32,000 nucleotides of DNA from Archaeoglobus fulgidus DSM 4304 (lineage in GTDB: Archaea > Halobacteriota > Archaeoglobi > Archaeoglobales > Archaeoglobaceae): assembly GCF_000008665.1 (NCBI RefSeq), contig NC_000917.1:1650001-1682000 (forward strand), read 5' to 3'. How positions within the stretch are numbered: the stretch's first letter is position 1; every line of letters begins with the position of its first letter. This document shows, in pieces, positions 8,040 to 16,835 of the stretch. The position numbers and the translations under genes are program-made. The notes beneath the pieces are model-generated. The model worked only from the letters and a program-made list of their open reading frames with translations. It was not told the origin of the DNA and made no database searches.

Positions 8040-9908
8040 ATGAAGATCGAGGGTAAGGTTAGTGAGCATGAAAGCATAAACATGATGTATGAGAGGGTCA
8101 GCAAGGAGGGCGTAACGAACATTGTCGATAGGTTCAACGCACAGGAGAAGGGGAGATGCCCCTTCTGCGAAAAGGGCCTGAGCTGCCAGCTCTGCAGCAT
8201 GGGTCCATGCAGAATTAGTAAGGACAAGCCGACAGGAGCGTGCGGGATTGATGCTGCTGGAATGGTCGTGAGGAACTTCACCCACAAGAACATGCTTGGT
8301 ACTGAAGCATACACCTACCACGCCATTGAGGCCGCGAAAACGCTGAAAGCAACGGCAGAGGGAAAGACTATTTACGAAATCAAGGATGTTGAGAAGCTGA
8401 AGTGGTTTGCAAAGCTGCTTGGCATTGAAGGGGAAGACGTGAACGAACTCGCTGCAAAGGTTGCAGATTTCGTCATATCCGATTTGAGCTCTTTGGAGAA
8501 AAGCAGGCTTGTTGAAATCTTTGCTCCAGAAAAAAGGAAGGAGCTCTGGGAGAAGCTGGGAATTTTCCCGTCAGGAGTCTTTCAGGAGTTGCTAACTATG
8601 GGCTCTTCGGCCATGACAAACGTCGATTCAAATTACGTCTCTCTTGCAAAGAAGAGCATGTCAATGAGCATCGCCACCTGTATGGCAGCACAAATAGCTC
8701 TTGAAACCATACAGGACATTCTTTTCGGCACTCCGATGCCCCACGAGAGCCATTCTGATCTGGGCATTCTCGACCCTGAGTACGTTAACATCGCTGTTAA
8801 CGGTCATGAGCCCTTTGTGGGCATTGCCCTGATAAAGCTCGCCGAGAGAGAGGAGATTCAGGAGAAGGCGAGAAAGGCTGGAGCAAAGGGGCTGAGAATC
8901 ATTGGATTCATTGAAACCGGTCAGGAGATACTCCAGCGCGTTGACAGCCCGGTGTTTGCTGGAATCGTAGGAAACTGGATTGTTCAGGAATATGCACTCG
9001 CTACTGGATGTGTTGACGTTTTTGCTGCTGATATGAACTGCACTCTTCCGTCACTGCCCGAATACCAGCGCTACGGCGTTAAAATTGTCCCCGTCAGCAG
9101 GCTTGTGAGGCTCAAAGGGATTGATGAGGGGCTGGACTACGAGCCGGAGAAGGCTGAAGAGATTGCGATGAAGCTAATCGATATGGCCATAGAGAACTTC
9201 AAGCAGAGGGACAAGAGCAAGGCTGTTAAGGTTGAGCAGAAGAAGAAAATTGTTGTCGGATTCTCGCCTGAAGCGATACTCAAAGCTCTCAACGGTGACC
9301 TCAACGTACTGCTGGATGCAATAAAGAAGGGCGATATAAAGGGAGTGGTGGCCCTGGTTAGCTGCACAACCCTGAAGAACGGCCCGCACGACAGCAGCAC
9401 CGTAACCATTGCAAAGGAGCTGATAAAGAGAGATATTCTGGTCCTTTCGATGGGGTGCGGTAATGCTGCGCTGCAGGTTGCCGGGCTTACATCTATGGAG
9501 GCTGTAGAGCTTGCGGGAGAGAAGCTTAAGGCCGTTTGCAAAGCCCTTAACATCCCACCGGTGCTGAGCTTCGGAACGTGCACCGATACTGGGAGAGCAG
9601 CCTACCTCGTCAGGCTTATTGCCGATGCCCTCGGCGTTGATGTTCCGCAGCTTCCCGTTGCTGTAACAGCCCCTGAATACATGGAGCAGAAGGCCACGAT
9701 TGATGCTGTCTTTGCCGTTGCATACGGCCTCACAACTCACGTTTCGCCTGTTCCGCCAATCACGGGAAGCGAGGATGCGGTAAAGCTCTTTACCGAGGAC
9801 GTGGAGAAGCTCACTGGCGGAAAAGTTGTGGTGGAGGAGGACCCGCTGAAGGCTGCCGAACTCCTCGAGAAGGTAATTGAGGAGAAGAGGAAGGCACTCG
9901 GAATCTGA
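8040..9908 (+). CDS. cooS: Anaerobic Ni-Fe carbon monoxide dehydrogenase catalytic subunit (CooS family)
   Basis: 622 aa. The N-terminal cluster motif RFNAQEKGRCPFCEKGLSCQLCSMGPCRI matches the CooS B/D-cluster signature, and size and overall composition fit the CooS/prismane family. Confidence 0.85.
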   Translation: MKIEGKVSEHESINMMYERVSKEGVTNIVDRFNAQEKGRCPFCEKGLSCQLCSMGPCRISKDKPTGACGIDAAGMVVRNFTHKNMLGTEAYTYHAIEAAKTLKATAEGKTIYEIKDVEKLKWFAKLLGIEGEDVNELAAKVADFVISDLSSLEKSRLVEIFAPEKRKELWEKLGIFPSGVFQELLTMGSSAMTNVDSNYVSLAKKSMSMSIATCMAAQIALETIQDILFGTPMPHESHSDLGILDPEYVNIAVNGHEPFVGIALIKLAEREEIQEKARKAGAKGLRIIGFIETGQEILQRVDSPVFAGIVGNWIVQEYALATGCVDVFAADMNCTLPSLPEYQRYGVKIVPVSRLVRLKGIDEGLDYEPEKAEEIAMKLIDMAIENFKQRDKSKAVKVEQKKKIVVGFSPEAILKALNGDLNVLLDAIKKGDIKGVVALVSCTTLKNGPHDSSTVTIAKELIKRDILVLSMGCGNAALQVAGLTSMEAVELAGEKLKAVCKALNIPPVLSFGTCTDTGRAAYLVRLIADALGVDVPQLPVAVTAPEYMEQKATIDAVFAVAYGLTTHVSPVPPITGSEDAVKLFTEDVEKLTGGKVVVEEDPLKAAELLEKVIEEKRKALGI

Positions 9909-9953
9909 TGCTAATTTAGAAACATTTTTTAATTACCAATTTTTTCCTTTTTC

Positions 9954-10829
9954 ATGGAGGAGGTTCTTCCCAACGTTTACCTCATAGACACGCTGAAGTA
10001 CGTCGAGCCGGGAGTCATCTCTGCCTACGCTGTTGTTCACGAGAGGGCTGCAATAATAGACCCCGGAACTGCGAAGGGGGCCGAGATAATCCTTGATGAG
10101 ATTGATAGGAGCTGGAATGTTGAGTACATCTGCCCCACTCACATCCACATTGATCACGGAGGTGGGGCAGCGAGGCTTGCCAAAGCCCTTGATGCGAAAA
10201 TCATAGTCCATCCGAGAGGGGTTAAGCATGTCGTCAATCCCGAAAAGCTGTGGGAAGCATCAAAGGCGGTTCTCGGCGAGGTTGCGGAGATTTACGGCAA
10301 GCCAGAGAGCATTGATGAGAGCAAGGTGATTGCTGTTGAGGATGAGCAGGAGTTTGATTTGGGAGGGGAGAGGCTTAAAGTCTTCCACGCTCCGGGCCAC
10401 GCTCCGCACATGCTGGTGTATTATCTGACAAACTCAAAGGTGCTGTTTCCTGCTGATGCCGTGGGGATGTGCTTCGGAGGTGTGGTTTTTCCCCTCACAC
10501 CACCACCCTTTGATGCTGATGCGGCATTGAAAACCCTTAAGAGGCTGAAGGGGCTGAAGGTTGATTACGTGGCCTTCACCCACTACGGGGTGGTTGAGGG
10601 AGACTGGCCAATTGCTAAATCCTACGAGAAGGTAAAGAGCTGGTTGGAAATAGCAAAGGAGGTTGCCAATGCAAATGGAACTGTTGAAGAGTTCGTTGGG
10701 AGGCTTAGGAAAGAAGATGAGGATGTTGAGAAGCTTTTCAACGTGCTTGGCAGCAAGCCAGTTGCGCTGAGCTTCATCTATACCTCAGCCACCGGAATGC
10801 TCGACGCAGCAAGGAGGATGATAGAATGA
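9954..10829 (+). CDS. Metallo-beta-lactamase fold hydrolase/oxidoreductase
   Basis: HxHxDH motif (THIHIDHGGG) and a downstream HAPGHAPH. The stop overlaps the next gene's start by 4 nt (ATGA). Confidence 0.75.
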   Translation: MEEVLPNVYLIDTLKYVEPGVISAYAVVHERAAIIDPGTAKGAEIILDEIDRSWNVEYICPTHIHIDHGGGAARLAKALDAKIIVHPRGVKHVVNPEKLWEASKAVLGEVAEIYGKPESIDESKVIAVEDEQEFDLGGERLKVFHAPGHAPHMLVYYLTNSKVLFPADAVGMCFGGVVFPLTPPPFDADAALKTLKRLKGLKVDYVAFTHYGVVEGDWPIAKSYEKVKSWLEIAKEVANANGTVEEFVGRLRKEDEDVEKLFNVLGSKPVALSFIYTSATGMLDAARRMIE

Positions 10830-11830
10830 TGCTGAAGTTCAACCCTGATTTGTGCCTTAACTGCACAACATACAGCTGCCTCACCAAATGCATCAACCTG
10901 AACTACGATTTCGATTCGGCGAAGGAGGAGAAAAGGAAGATTGCCCTCGGAGAGTACAGCAGGGTTCTTGAGGAGTGCTACACATGCTATGGCTGCGAGG
11001 AGTACTGTGAGTTCAACAACCATCCCTTCTACCGCATGGCAGAGCTTCAGGAAAGTTTGGGAGTGAAGAAAGTCAGCGATGAAACAAAAGCAGCCCTTCT
11101 GCAGCGATACGATGTCAGCAGCGAGTTCATTCCAAAAAAGGTTGGCGGGAAGTTCGTCCACATCTGCCTCTTCCCTGAAGTGAAGGACTTGGTGAAGGGG
11201 AAGCTCTTTGAGGGCTATGATGTCGTCAGGGGGAGGCATGTATTCTGCAACATGCTCTACCTCCACTACGGGATGGTTTCCGTGGTTAAGGAGAGGGCGG
11301 AAAGAACGATAAGCAACATAATGAAGCTTCAACCTGATGAGCTAATCCTTTACCACGATGAATGCTACGCCTTCTACAAGTCCTTTGCCGAAGCTTACGG
11401 GATTGAAGTTCCCTTCCCCTACACACACCTCTTCGAGTTCCTTTATCAGCGTTTGAAGGAGATGGAGGTGAGGGAGCTTGGAGTAAAGGTTGCCTACCAG
11501 AGAAACTGTTCCAACAGGTTTATTGCCGAGACTGACAGAACTCTCGACAGAATCTTTGAGCTAATAGGCGTGGAGAGAGTTGAGAGGGAGTTTGATAGGG
11601 AGAGAGCGATTTGCTGCGGTGCCCCCTTCGTCCTCTCAGATGAGCCGGAGAAGGCTGAGGAGCTGCAGAGGAAGAACATCGATGATATGGTGAGCAGTAA
11701 TGCAGAGTACGTCGTCTTCAACTGCCCTATGTGCTACACCACTCTCGCAGAGAAAGTGAGGAAGAATGGGCTTAAGCCAGTAATGGTGAGCGAGCTCTGC
11801 AGGATGGCGATAGGGGAGGTGGATTATTAG
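10826..11830 (+). CDS. Fe-S oxidoreductase with CCG domains (HdrD/GlpC-like)
   Basis: N-terminal Cys clusters (CLNCTTYSCLTKC, CYTCYGCEEYC). There is one intact CCG domain (NCSNRF...ICCGAPF...FNCPMCY) and one degenerate upstream copy. Confidence 0.7.
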   Translation: MMLKFNPDLCLNCTTYSCLTKCINLNYDFDSAKEEKRKIALGEYSRVLEECYTCYGCEEYCEFNNHPFYRMAELQESLGVKKVSDETKAALLQRYDVSSEFIPKKVGGKFVHICLFPEVKDLVKGKLFEGYDVVRGRHVFCNMLYLHYGMVSVVKERAERTISNIMKLQPDELILYHDECYAFYKSFAEAYGIEVPFPYTHLFEFLYQRLKEMEVRELGVKVAYQRNCSNRFIAETDRTLDRIFELIGVERVEREFDRERAICCGAPFVLSDEPEKAEELQRKNIDDMVSSNAEYVVFNCPMCYTTLAEKVRKNGLKPVMVSELCRMAIGEVDY

Positions 11831-11907
11831 CTTATTTCAATAGGGCTAAGAAAAAGGCAAAGCACGATCGCCTCTTTCATTCAGCATAACGGTTAGTGTT
11901 AAAATTA

Positions 11908-12960
11908 TTAAATCCAGTTAGAGTAGCTTTCGATAAATCCGTTAAATCCGGCGGTTTTCACCCAGCCATCACTCCTCGTGCTGGTTACGCTGAGAGTTGC
12001 CGGGGGTGATGGCACCTTTGTCACACCCAGCGCAACCGTTATTCCCGCAGGATACGAGAACCCTACCGATACGGAAAATGCATAATCGTGCCCTCCCGTA
12101 ATGGCAATTTCCCTCGTATCTCCAGCGGGGGTTATGTAATATTCATCGTAATTCGCTGGCAAATTCCCGTGCCACGATACGTAATCCCTGTAACCTGCAA
12201 CAGGGTCTGTGTTCGTATCAACCGCGTACACCCTCTCGTAGTATATTTTTTCTTCTCCCATCTCAAGCTCCGTTATCGCGTAAACGTATTTTATTTGGAA
12301 ATAGACGGTATACTTGTTTTTTCCTGACAGGTACGGGCTGAAAAGTCCGCTGTCAAGAGTGACTTCGGTATAACCGGAAACCCAAGTTGGGGAACCGTAG
12401 GGACGGGTTTTACTTTCGATTCTAATTTTTGCCCCTCTTGGATAGCCGTATTTAGCAAATATGTCATCCCACGTTGCGAATTTGAGTACCGGGGTAAATT
12501 CGTAAGTCGTCCAAACTCCGGGTGTTGGTTCGGACTTTGTCTTGGGAACGTCCCTTAAAACAATCTTTACTGATTTATGCTCTGGTCTGGCAGGGTCTAC
12601 TGAGAATATTGCCACGCCCATTTTTCCCTCAGTGTAAGCTATAACTTCGAGGTTTATGCTTCTGTAAACCCTGATTTTTTCACCATTGATTTCGAAAGTG
12701 TTCACTTCTTCCTTGGGCAATATCAAACTGGTCGCAACGATTCCCGGTCCAGAACCACTCCAGATTTTTTTTGGACCCTCATCCGTAAGCTCGTTTATAA
12801 TTAAATTCGCAGAAATCGGTTTCCCGCCCTCATCCTCCATCTGGACGGTTATTCCCTGAACCAACTTATCCTTAAAATACACATTCACCGCTATGCTCGT
12901 CACAACTCCCAACACCACGAGCGCTATCAGAGCAACCACTAACCAACCACTCTTTTTCAT
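11908..12960 (-). CDS. Hypothetical membrane-anchored or secreted protein
   Basis: 350-aa ORF with a single N-terminal TM/signal anchor (WLVVALIALVVLGVVTSIAV). The remainder is Tyr/Thr/Gly-rich and looks beta-rich. I recognise no family. Confidence 0.5.
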   Translation of the reverse strand: MKKSGWLVVALIALVVLGVVTSIAVNVYFKDKLVQGITVQMEDEGGKPISANLIINELTDEGPKKIWSGSGPGIVATSLILPKEEVNTFEINGEKIRVYRSINLEVIAYTEGKMGVAIFSVDPARPEHKSVKIVLRDVPKTKSEPTPGVWTTYEFTPVLKFATWDDIFAKYGYPRGAKIRIESKTRPYGSPTWVSGYTEVTLDSGLFSPYLSGKNKYTVYFQIKYVYAITELEMGEEKIYYERVYAVDTNTDPVAGYRDYVSWHGNLPANYDEYYITPAGDTREIAITGGHDYAFSVSVGFSYPAGITVALGVTKVPSPPATLSVTSTRSDGWVKTAGFNGFIESYSNWI

Positions 12961-13060
12961 TCTCTAACTTGTATGCCAGTTTCCCAAATAAAGATTCCGA
13001 CTGTTTCAACTCAGATTGAAGCAATCGAAAGATTTATTTAACTTGATTTGACATGTCCTT

Positions 13061-13402
13061 GTGGATTGGCAACATAGAGAATGCTCATTTTACGTGGTAA
13101 ATCTTCATTCCGAGGGGGCTAAAGCACTGGCTGCTGAGCTAAGCAGCGAGGTTGGCCTCAAAATATTAAAAGAACTGTACAGGAATCCTCTCTCAGTCAT
13201 GGATCTCTCTGCAAATCTCGAAATTCCCGTTTCAACAGTTCAATACCACGTCAACAGGCTGCTGGAACTCGGCGTTATCAGAGAGGCCGAAAGAAAGCTC
13301 GGAAAAAGGCTTAGAGACGTAAAAACGTACGTTTACGATAAAGAGGGGATAATTTTTCTAAACTGTCCAGAGCCATCAGGAGATACCACAAAATCTGAAT
13401 AA
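13061..13402 (+). CDS. ArsR-family winged-helix transcriptional regulator
   Basis: The stretch LKILKELYRNPLSVMDLSANLEIPVSTVQYHVNRLLELGVIRE is a typical ArsR/HTH_20 core. The start codon is uncertain (GTG at 13061 per the track, with an alternative GTG at 13094). Confidence 0.65.
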   Translation: MDWQHRECSFYVVNLHSEGAKALAAELSSEVGLKILKELYRNPLSVMDLSANLEIPVSTVQYHVNRLLELGVIREAERKLGKRLRDVKTYVYDKEGIIFLNCPEPSGDTTKSE

Positions 13403-13421
13403 AAAAGTAAGAAAGAGCTCA

Positions 13422-14846
13422 CTAATCCCTCCTGTAAATCACCCCATCCGCCTTTCCTGCAGGGATGGAGTACTTTGGAGGCAGGATACCGAGCTTCCTT
13501 GCCTCCTCCTCCAGCCAGTCCCTGTGGTCTGGATGGGCAAGCTGAATCATTGCCGCTGCCCTCTTGTAGATTGGCAGACCTCGCAGATAGGCAATTCCCC
13601 ACTCTGTAGCTACATACTGCACAACCGACCTCGGAACTGTCACCCCAGCACCTGTTGGTAGAGCGGGGATAATTCTTGAGGTGCCGTTGTAGGTTGAGTA
13701 GGTCGCCAGAACGCTCTTCCCCTGCCTGTCGAAGCTGTAGAAGCAGCCAAGCACGAAGTCAAGCTGCCCTCCTGTACCGCTGATCTGGAATATCTTGCCG
13801 CTTGGAGACGTTAGACCAATCTGCCCGGAGTTTATCTGTCCCATGAGGTCTATCTGGGCAACCTGATTGAGGGAGAACATCTTCGGCTGCTGGGCAACAA
13901 CGAAGGGGTTGTTGGTGTACTCAACGGGATAGGTTGCGACCTCTGGATTCCTGTCGAGGAAATCGTAGAGCTTTCTTGTTCCAAGGGCAAAGGAGAACAC
14001 AGCCTTTCCCCTGTCAAGCTTCTTGTTCTGGTTGGTAACTATCCCCTCCTCCATCAGCTCCATCAGTCCGTCTCCCATCATCTCGGTGTGGATGCCCAAG
14101 TCCTTCAGTCCTGCTTCCTTCAGCATCCTGACAACCGTGTTGGGCAATCCACCAATGCCAACCTGAAGCGTTGAGCCATTCTCAATCAGCCCTGCCTCCA
14201 TGATGTTCTCGGCTATCATCTCATCCTCCTTTGATGGTGGGGGTAAGAAGGGCAGGAAGGGTGTGGGGAACTCATTGTCCTCAACAATGTAATCAACTTC
14301 CGAAATGTGGATGCACTCGTCGTAACCTCCATTCACCCAAGGCATGTCCTTCTTAACCACCACAACAACCTTCTCTGCCCCCTCAGCTATGGATTTCAGG
14401 AAGGTGCAGGTGACTCCGAAGTTGAAGAAGCCGTGCCTGTCCATTGGCGTCGTGACGAGGAAAGCTATGTCCGTGTACTTCTTCCCTCCCTTCAAAACTC
14501 CACCAAGCTCCTTCGCTATGTATCCCGCATCCGACAGAACTCCGGGGCGGTGCACGCAGGGCCCAAGCTCCTTGCTGCACTTCCTTACTGGTTCGTAGAG
14601 GAAGCAGCTTTCCCACTTAATCTTCTCCTGCTCAGGGTCAGCCTTCAAGAACTCGTAGTGGGCGATGTCGATGAAGGTTCCGACCTCCACATGGCTGAGC
14701 TCGTCCTTCCTCTTTGCAAGGTACTTGTCGATAATAAGGGCAGTGTTGGCAGAACCGCCAATTTCGATGTGCATTCCATCCTTTACGAGGTTTGCAGCCT
14801 CTTCGGGGCTGATGAGCTTTCTTTCATATTCTTTCTGGTAGTCCAT
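13422..14846 (-). CDS. Acetyl-CoA hydrolase/transferase family protein (4-hydroxybutyrate CoA-transferase-like)
   Basis: 474 aa with the family motif GTGGQLDF and overall colinearity to Cat2/AbfT-type CoA-transferases. GAGGTGGTGAT precedes the ATG. Confidence 0.8.
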   Translation of the reverse strand: MDYQKEYERKLISPEEAANLVKDGMHIEIGGSANTALIIDKYLAKRKDELSHVEVGTFIDIAHYEFLKADPEQEKIKWESCFLYEPVRKCSKELGPCVHRPGVLSDAGYIAKELGGVLKGGKKYTDIAFLVTTPMDRHGFFNFGVTCTFLKSIAEGAEKVVVVVKKDMPWVNGGYDECIHISEVDYIVEDNEFPTPFLPFLPPPSKEDEMIAENIMEAGLIENGSTLQVGIGGLPNTVVRMLKEAGLKDLGIHTEMMGDGLMELMEEGIVTNQNKKLDRGKAVFSFALGTRKLYDFLDRNPEVATYPVEYTNNPFVVAQQPKMFSLNQVAQIDLMGQINSGQIGLTSPSGKIFQISGTGGQLDFVLGCFYSFDRQGKSVLATYSTYNGTSRIIPALPTGAGVTVPRSVVQYVATEWGIAYLRGLPIYKRAAAMIQLAHPDHRDWLEEEARKLGILPPKYSIPAGKADGVIYRRD

Positions 14847-14992
14847 ATCACCACCTCTACCTTAAAAATTATGCTGACAATTTAACCTTTTCTAAAAAGA
14901 TTTTGCGGTAGTTTAGGAAATTTTTTAAAATTAAAGATATTGAAAGTTCATTGTCAACATTTAAACAATTTTAACATTACCAACTTTAATCG

Positions 14993-15005
14993 GGAAATTT
15001 TTTAA
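14993..15005 (+). promoter_or_regulatory. Candidate BRE/TATA element (GGAAATTTTTTAA) for the acyl-CoA synthetase gene
   Basis: It is centred ~26 nt upstream of the ATG at 15027 with no SD, consistent with a leaderless transcript. An identical 13-mer occurs at 14916-14928. Confidence 0.3.
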
Positions 15006-15026
15006 GGGATTTGGCAATTATAGATT

Positions 15027-16700
15027 ATGGTAGTTCTCTACGGGAAGGATGTGGTGGACAGATACGTTGCAGAGGGATGGTGGGACAACGTAACGCTTTT
15101 TGAGAGATTCAGGAGGAACTGCAAGAGAAATCCTGAAAGGACTGCTGTTGTTGACCCTCCAAACAAGGAGGAGCTCGTGGGTTTTAAGCCTGAAAGGTTG
15201 AGTTATGCTGAGCTCAGCGATTTTGATGACAGACTGGCCTCATTTCTGCTCGATAACGGAGTTTTCAAGGATAGCTGCGTTTTGGTGCAGCTTCCCAATA
15301 CGGTGGAGCTAATTGCTGCATACCTCGCAACGTGGAGGGCTTCAGCCTTCATCTCTCCCGTTCCAATGCAGTGGAGGGAGCACGAGATGGGGCATGTTTG
15401 CAGGGTTTTGCAGCCAAAGGTTTTCATAACAGCAGACACCTTCAAAGGCTTCGACCACGCTCAGATGGCCTCCAGGATTAAGGAGGCTTTTCCGAGCATT
15501 GAGAAAGTCGTAACGTATTCCCAGCTTTACGAGATTTGCAGAAACTACCGCATAAGGGAGGATCTTGATGAGGCGTCATCCTTTGCATCTGGAAACGATA
15601 TTGCCGTGGTGCAGTGGACCTCAGGAACCGAAGCCGAGCCCAAAGCCTGTCCCCTCTCCCACAACAACTGGGGCTTTCTGCGCTTTCTTTACGATGGAGA
15701 GAGATACAGAGGAGGGCTGCTGAGCGATGGGGATGTTATAATGAACCCGGCCCCCATAGTGAATATGACAGGAATTGGAGTTGGCCTCATTCCGTGGATC
15801 ATGTGCTCCGGAACCTTTGTTCTGCACCACCCCTTCGAACCAATGCTCTACGTCAGGCAGCTGATTGAGGAGGGTGTGAACTTCACTCTCGCTCCTCCTG
15901 CTGTTGTTGTTGCAATTCTAAAACATCCCATGGCTTCACAGCTCAGCTTTGACAAGCTGAAGTACTTCGCCCAAGGCTCGGCACCTCCACCACCATGGAC
16001 TTTTGTCGAGCTGAAAAACAGGGGGATAGAGCCGATGAACATCTGGGGGCAGAATGAGGGGACTGGACTGTTCTCCTACGACAGGACAATCCCTGATCTG
16101 GAGAAGAGGGCAAGGAGCTTTCCCATTCCGGATAAAGTAAGGGATTTGCCCTTCTTCAGGGCTATAGAGATAAAGATTGTTGACGAGAGTGGTAAGGAGA
16201 TGAAGGAGCCGGGCAGTGTGGGAGAGCTGTGCTACAGAAGCCCACTTACGATGCCATGCTACTACCGCCAGCCTGAGTTGACGAAGAAGTCCTTTGATGC
16301 TGACGGCTTCTTCCACACAGGTGATCTGTTTGAGGTAGTTGATGATACTACAATCGCCTTCTTCGACAGAAAGAAGGACATAATAATCAGAGGAGGGTTC
16401 AATGTAAGCTCCGCTGAGGTGGAGGACGTCGTCAAGAAGCACCCCAACGTATTGGATGCTGCAGCAGTGGGTGTTCCTGACGAGAGGCTCGGGGAGAGAG
16501 TTGGCTTGTACGTTGTTCCAAAGCCCGGCACTACCGTAACGCTGGAAGACATAAAGAAGCACATGGAGGAGAGCGGAGTTGCAGTTTACAAGTGGCCTGA
16601 AGTGGTGGTTGTTGTTGACGAGATTCCAAGAAATCCTGTGGGGAAGGTTCTGAAGAGTAGGCTGAGGAAGGAGATCGTTGAGAGGATGAAAGCTGGTTAA
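15027..16700 (+). CDS. AMP-dependent acyl-CoA synthetase/ligase
   Basis: 557 aa with an AMP-binding motif variant (WTSGTEAEPKA), FHTGDL, the DRKKDIIIRGGFNV hinge, and a C-terminal PRNPVGKVLK. Confidence 0.85.
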   Translation: MVVLYGKDVVDRYVAEGWWDNVTLFERFRRNCKRNPERTAVVDPPNKEELVGFKPERLSYAELSDFDDRLASFLLDNGVFKDSCVLVQLPNTVELIAAYLATWRASAFISPVPMQWREHEMGHVCRVLQPKVFITADTFKGFDHAQMASRIKEAFPSIEKVVTYSQLYEICRNYRIREDLDEASSFASGNDIAVVQWTSGTEAEPKACPLSHNNWGFLRFLYDGERYRGGLLSDGDVIMNPAPIVNMTGIGVGLIPWIMCSGTFVLHHPFEPMLYVRQLIEEGVNFTLAPPAVVVAILKHPMASQLSFDKLKYFAQGSAPPPPWTFVELKNRGIEPMNIWGQNEGTGLFSYDRTIPDLEKRARSFPIPDKVRDLPFFRAIEIKIVDESGKEMKEPGSVGELCYRSPLTMPCYYRQPELTKKSFDADGFFHTGDLFEVVDDTTIAFFDRKKDIIIRGGFNVSSAEVEDVVKKHPNVLDAAAVGVPDERLGERVGLYVVPKPGTTVTLEDIKKHMEESGVAVYKWPEVVVVVDEIPRNPVGKVLKSRLRKEIVERMKAG

Positions 16701-16835
16701 GTAGCATCAATTTTTTATTACTAAATAACACATTCTCTTATTTTAAGAATAATTTTTTATTTAAATTTTAAACCGAAACTTTTTTTATATTTTCATGCTA
16801 ATTTTAAGTTAACCTAAAACTGAGGTGATTAAAGG

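Noticed and set aside
7839-8321. 160-aa minus-strand ORF overlapping the 5' end of cooS
   Set aside because: Only its last ~40 codons (MLEVQIKTKLPEN...) make sense, as the N-terminus of the frameshifted HTH-10 gene starting at 7958. The upstream part is antisense to cooS and lacks features.
9137-9740. 148-aa and 188-aa minus-strand ORFs
   Set aside because: Both are antisense to cooS and have no features. They are shadow ORFs.
10778-11332. 184-aa minus-strand ORF
   Set aside because: It is antisense to the CCG Fe-S protein gene and has no motifs.
13003-13031. A 29-nt sequence GTTTCAACTCAGATTGAAGCAATCGAAAG that resembles a CRISPR repeat (GTTTCAA...GAAAG ends)
   Set aside because: It is a single copy with no second repeat or spacer periodicity anywhere in the window. 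It only loosely resembles the Archaeoglobus/Pyrococcus-type repeats I remember, which have an ATTGAAAG 3' end. Most likely it is chance or promoter sequence for the ArsR gene.
14307-16562. 192-aa plus-strand ORF at 14307..14885 and 208-aa minus-strand ORF at 15936..16562
   Set aside because: They are antisense to the CoA-transferase and the acyl-CoA synthetase respectively, both of which have clear family motifs.
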